Below, piece after piece: positions 21,414 through 25,261 of a stretch of DNA of 25,261 nt. The translations under genes were made by a program, and so were the position numbers. The notes below the pieces were generated by a model. The model did no database searches, was not told the DNA's origin, and saw only the letters and a list, made by a program, of their open reading frames with translations. Source of the stretch: Octopus sinensis (lineage: Eukaryota); the NCBI RefSeq assembly GCF_006345805.1, contig NW_021836063.1:1-25261 (forward strand), given 5' to 3'. Within the stretch, counting starts at the first letter, position 1, and each line of letters opens with the position of its first letter.

Positions 21414-21595
21414 CCAATACACACATTTTTTTCTCTTCGGTTTCTCTCCTTGTTTCTTTTTGTGTTCCTTTCTGTAGAAGAGCGTAGACTCGAAACGTAA
21501 AAGACTTCTTCAATTCCTGAGCGTTATACTAATACATCTGTTTGTTTTCTACACCGTCTGTCTTCGTCTTTTGTGTTTTTTTCGTGAATTCTCCC
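21412..21595 (+). mobile_element. Penelope-like terminal fragment nested in the SINE's internal (TA)n
   Basis: Hammerhead-like motif at 21468-21503, then TTCCTGAGCGTTATACTAATAC homologous to the minus strand near 3140-3162. Flanked by (TA)n. Confidence 0.6.
21468..21503 (+). ncRNA. Minimal hammerhead ribozyme-like motif (variant core)
   Basis: CTTT-CTGTAGA-A-GAG-CGTAGA-CTC-GAAA-CGT-A-AAAG: stem I CTTT/AAAG, stem II GAG/CTC, ACGT palindrome. The core differs from CUGANGA at A6. Confidence 0.5.
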
Positions 21596-21951
21596 TATAT
21601 ATATATAATATATATATTTGTGTGCGCGTGTGTCTGTGTTTGTCCCCCCTGCTACTCCCCCAACATCGCTTGACAATCAATGGTAGTGTGTCTTTTTCAA
21701 TGAAAATAGTCAATGCTTTTAAGAAACAGGTTCAGCCAAAGAAACCGATAGAAAAAGTACTAGGCTTATAAAGAATAATTCCTGGGGTAGATTTTCTGTT
21801 CAACTAAAGACAGTGCTCCAGCAAGGCCGCAGTCAAAGCATTGAAACAAGTAATCGAGTAAGAGAATATATATATATATATATTTATTTATACATATATG
21901 TATGTATGTATGTAGTATGTATGTATGTATGTATGTATGTATGTATGTATA

Positions 21952-23241
21952 TTGGGTTGTCAGAAAAGTCCGTGCCGATTTTTAAAGGACAGAAAAAGGT
22001 CAATAAATACTTGCCATTACATTTTTAATAAACCAAATATGAACCATTTTGTTGCACAATGCGTCTCCATCTTTCCTTTAACTTGAAAATACCCTCTTTC
22101 CAGAATTGAGGTGGTTTCATGGCAAAGAATTCCTCAAGGTATCTTTCTACGTCATCCAAGGAATTGAAATTTTTACAATTAAGACTATTCTGCAAAGACC
22201 TGAATAAGTGGAAATTAGAAGGAGAAATATCAGGTGAATATGAAGTAACACATCCCAGCCGAGCTGCAGCAATTTTTGTCTGGTCCCCAAAGAAACGTGC
22301 GGTCTTGCATTATCATTTTGGAAAATAATTGGAAAACAACATCCTTCCTGATGGCCAATTCTGGACGTTTCTCTTGAATTGCTGCTTTTAACTCGTCCAG
22401 TTGTGTGCAGTATTTCTCAGAATTAATTGCCTGGTTACTTGGGAGAAGCTCATAGTAAAGAATTCCTTTCCAATACCACTAGACACAAAGCAAGACATTT
22501 TTTTAGGGTGAAGACCCGCTTTTGGGGTGGCTAATGGTGTCTCATGTCGCTTACTCCAGGATCACTTTCTCTGAACAGTTCGGTAGATAATCAATTTCTC
22601 ATCAGCTGTTACAATTTGCTTTAAAAAAGGCGCGTTTTCATTCCGTTTATAAAGCGAATCACAGATGGAAATGCGATCCAAAAGGTTCTTCTCACTCAAT
22701 TCGTGTGTTACCCAAATATAGTCGCGATTTGTGTACCCAAGCTTTACCAGGTTCTCATGAACGACGGATTTTGATAGGTTGAGGCTTCCTACTAATTCTC
22801 GGGTTGTGCAATGTGGGTTATTCTCAATAAATAACTTGATTTGGACATCATCTGTAGTGGATGGTCTGTCTGATCGCTCCTTATCAATAAGGCTACAATC
22901 TCCAGTTCGGAACCTTGCGAACCACTTCTGTACAGTTCTCTCGGATAAAGAAACATCACCGTAAACTGAGCATATTTCTTTGGTTGCTTGTTAGGCATTT
23001 TTCCCTTTACGGAAAAAGAAAAGCATCAACTGCCGAAAATGAACTTTCTTATCTTCCATTTTAAAGGGTTACAGAATTAACACAGGTTATAGGAACATAA
23101 ACCTTCTTCCACGAAAAGATTGCTTAAACTGTGCTCTAAATGGAGGTGTAGTCAACTCCCATTTTATGGATTCAACCATGTTCTAAAATAAGTCGAACGG
23201 TAAGCTACTATAAATCGGCACGAACTTTCTGGACAACCCAA
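21952..23241 (-). mobile_element. Full-length mariner transposon (1290 bp), defective
   Basis: TIRs TTGGGTTGTCAGAAAAGTCCGTGCCGATTT / AAATCGGCACGAACTTTCTGGACAACCCAA, TA on both flanks, internal transposase pseudogene. Confidence 0.97.
22025..23059 (-). pseudogene. Mariner DD34D transposase pseudogene (mellifera-subfamily-like)
   Basis: MEDKKVHFRQLMLFFFRKGKNA*QATKEICSVYG...WVTHEL...IVTADEK...DNARPHVSLGTRQKLLQLGWDV...YSPDISPSNFHLFRSLQNSL...NGSYLVY*. Has in-frame stops and frameshifts; the third catalytic D reads N. Confidence 0.95.
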
Positions 23242-23537
23242 TATATATAAATATCCTTGTCTATGTATGTATGTATGTATGCATGCATGCTTGCATATAT
23301 ATATGTGCATATGCATCAATATATGCATGTTTATATATATGTATATGTATATATATATATGCAAATATATATCTATGTATATATATGTCTATATGTGTGC
23401 ATATGAGCATATATTTGTGTGTGTGTGTGTCGGTGTATGTGTGTGCGTGAGCGCGCGTTTGTTCGTGCGTGCATGCGTGTGTACGACATCATTTGAGATA
23501 TCGCTCTGGAAATTATGCTAACGTTATGGAATATCAA

Positions 23538-23571
23538 ATAATAATAAAAATAATAATAAAAATAATAATAA

Positions 23572-23624
<53 letters not shown>

Positions 23625-23725
23625 CAATAATAATAATAAAAATAATAAAAAATAAATAATATATATTAATAATAATAATAATAATAATAAAAACAATAAT
23701 AATAATAACCAATAATAATAAAAAA

Positions 23726-23768
<43 letters not shown>

Positions 23769-23835
23769 TAATAATAATAAAATTAAAAAAAAAATAATGA
23801 TAATAATAATAATAATAATAATAATAATCATAATA
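23538..23835. repeat. Imperfect (AAT)n tract
   Basis: Directly visible. Confidence 0.95.
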
Positions 23836-23874
23836 AAACAGAGACAATATAAATATCATCTGTTAAGCATGTCA

Positions 23875-24110
23875 AAAATGACAAAATAACTATATTCTAG
23901 GACATGCCAAGCGATAGAGACATGGAGATTAAGGCAAACAGTCTCGATGTTATTGTCAACGACTTGAAGGAAAAATATTTTCCGAAACGATCTATCAAAT
24001 CGACCGGACGCCAATACAGCAGGTGTCTTGGGAATTGTAACAGGATTTGCAGAAAAATACAGAACCAAAATGTCAAAACTTAGCGCTCATATTGCATATG
24101 CAGGAATGAA
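23875..24110 (+). pseudogene. Older R4/Dong-like endonuclease fragment
   Basis: IF*DMPSDRDMEIKANSLDVIVNDLKEK aligns by eye with ILWDMPIETDREIKANRPDIVVRDHE at 17738-17964; downstream VLGIVTGFAEKY. Follows the (AAT)n tract. Confidence 0.7.
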
Positions 24111-24340
24111 TGATGTGGGGATTGCTGTTGTGACCGCATTAACGTTAGACACTCAAGATTGTACGTGTAACGGGTTGAAGAAAGCATTGCTGAATAATGT
24201 CTAAAGCAACCAAACAACACTAAAGGGAAATAACTAATAAAAGAAATATTGAACTCTGTTGACGCACCAGAAATTTAGTTAATTGAGGATTGTATATGGC
24301 GAGAGGGAGATATCGCATACGCTACCAGTTCGCATACGCT

Positions 24341-24550
24341 ACACACACAAATATATGCTCATATGCACACATATAAACATATATTATATATATATATATA
24401 CATAGATATATATTTGCATATATATATATACATATACATATATATAAACATGCATATATTGATGCATATGCACATATATACATACAAGCATGCATACATA
24501 ATACATACATACATACATACATAGACAAGGATATTTATATATATTGGGTT
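24341..24550 (-). repeat. Inverted duplicate of 23235-23424
   Basis: Diagnostic non-periodic words (AACCCAATATATATAAATATCCTTGTCTATG, CATATGCATCAATATATGCATGTTT, GTGTGCATATGAGCATATATTTGTG) recur in reverse complement. Confidence 0.92.
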
Positions 24551-24724
24551 CTCTGTTATTCTATTGCTTTACTTGAAAGGAAGGGCAGCGCTCGTAACCA
24601 TTTTTAGGGCTTCTAAGATTGGTGGAAAAAGAAGAATCATGTATCCGTGAACCGAAAACCTTGTTCGAGTGCTTGCAGTAGAGTGGATTCTGGTAAAAAA
24701 AAAAATACCCAGGGATCCAGTGGT

Positions 24725-25012
24725 GTTAATTGGCACTCCGTCGGTTACGACGGCGAGCATTCCAGCTGATCCGATCAACAGAAAAACCTGTGAATGAAAT
24801 TAACGTGCCAGTGGCTGAACACTCCACAGACATGTACCGTTAACGTAGTTCACAAGAAGATTCAGCATGACACAGAACGTGACCTGGCTGGAGCTTTCAA
24901 ATATAGGTACTACTCATTTTTACCAGCTGATTGTGGTGTGGAACAACGTGAAAGTAAGAATCTTTCTCAAGGGTACAACCAACCATCAGAAATTGAACTT
25001 ACTACATATTGA
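24725..25012 (-). mobile_element. Old tRNA-SINE (family C-like head and core, different tail), head interrupted
   Basis: CTCATTTTTACCAGCTGA...GGAACAACGTGAAA...CTCAAG parallels 4764-4822; tail shared with 4110-4240. Confidence 0.7.
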
Positions 25013-25261
25013 GACCCTCTTCGGTCATGACTGGCCGTGGGCTTGCACCTAGAAAGTTACCCTCCCAGGCACAAGTCCGGGCAAGGTTGTTTATGGAAGA
25101 CCAGCAGTCGCCCATGCATACCGGCCTCCCCTCTCCACGCTACCAGTGTTATCCAAGAGAAAGGCAAAGGGGCCGATACAGCATGGTACCTGTGACTTTC
25201 CAACTCATTTCTACAGCTGAGTGAACTGGAGCACGTGAAATAAAGTGTCTTGCTCAAGAAC
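25013..25261 (-). mobile_element. Family C SINE, cut off by the window end
   Basis: Colinear with 4593-4822 (TTCGGTCATGAC...CACCTAGAAAGTTACCCTCCCAGGCACAAGTC). Confidence 0.92.

Larger units (their letters stand above)
21161..21868 (+). mobile_element. Family B SINE (head 21161-21321, tail about 21620-21868) split by microsatellite and a nested insertion
   Basis: Head GGGCGTAGCTGTG...GGGTTCGGTCCCACT. Tail CGCTTGACAA...GTGCTCCAGCAAGGCCGCAGTCAAA matches 12960-13140. Confidence 0.85.

Noticed and set aside
22119-22998. Track ORFs within the mariner (22119-22328, 22779-22964, 22792-22998)
   Set aside because: Antisense or off-frame to the real, disrupted transposase.

Overview
This is AT-rich, gene-poor eukaryotic (metazoan) DNA made mostly of simple repeats and transposable-element debris. 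From recall of the repeat families (not a database search), it looks like coleoid cephalopod, probably Octopus, intronic or intergenic sequence. No intact host protein-coding gene is recognisable, and nearly all long ORFs in the track are microsatellite artefacts. Supported elements: (1) a full-length, dead mariner (21952-23241) with 30-bp TIRs, TA TSD and a mellifera-subfamily-like transposase pseudogene; (2) two mariner-derived MITEs, a hAT MITE with a perfect 8-bp TSD, a GG-ended MITE carrying CCCTAA repeats, and two fold-back hairpins; (3) many tRNA-derived SINEs of at least four families, several with clean TSDs, including two head-plus-three-unit concatemers and inverted pairs; (4) R4/Dong-like LINE fragments beside or inside (TAA)n; (5) Penelope-like fragments carrying three minimal hammerhead-ribozyme-like motifs; and (6) a 4 x 177-bp tandem array that appears to be cut from a decayed non-LTR reverse transcriptase. 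The best leads are the hammerhead-like motifs with a compensatory stem I change, the SINE concatemers with a recurrent junction, an inverted duplication that starts inside the mariner TIR, and a 43-aa candidate membrane micropeptide in a non-repetitive island.
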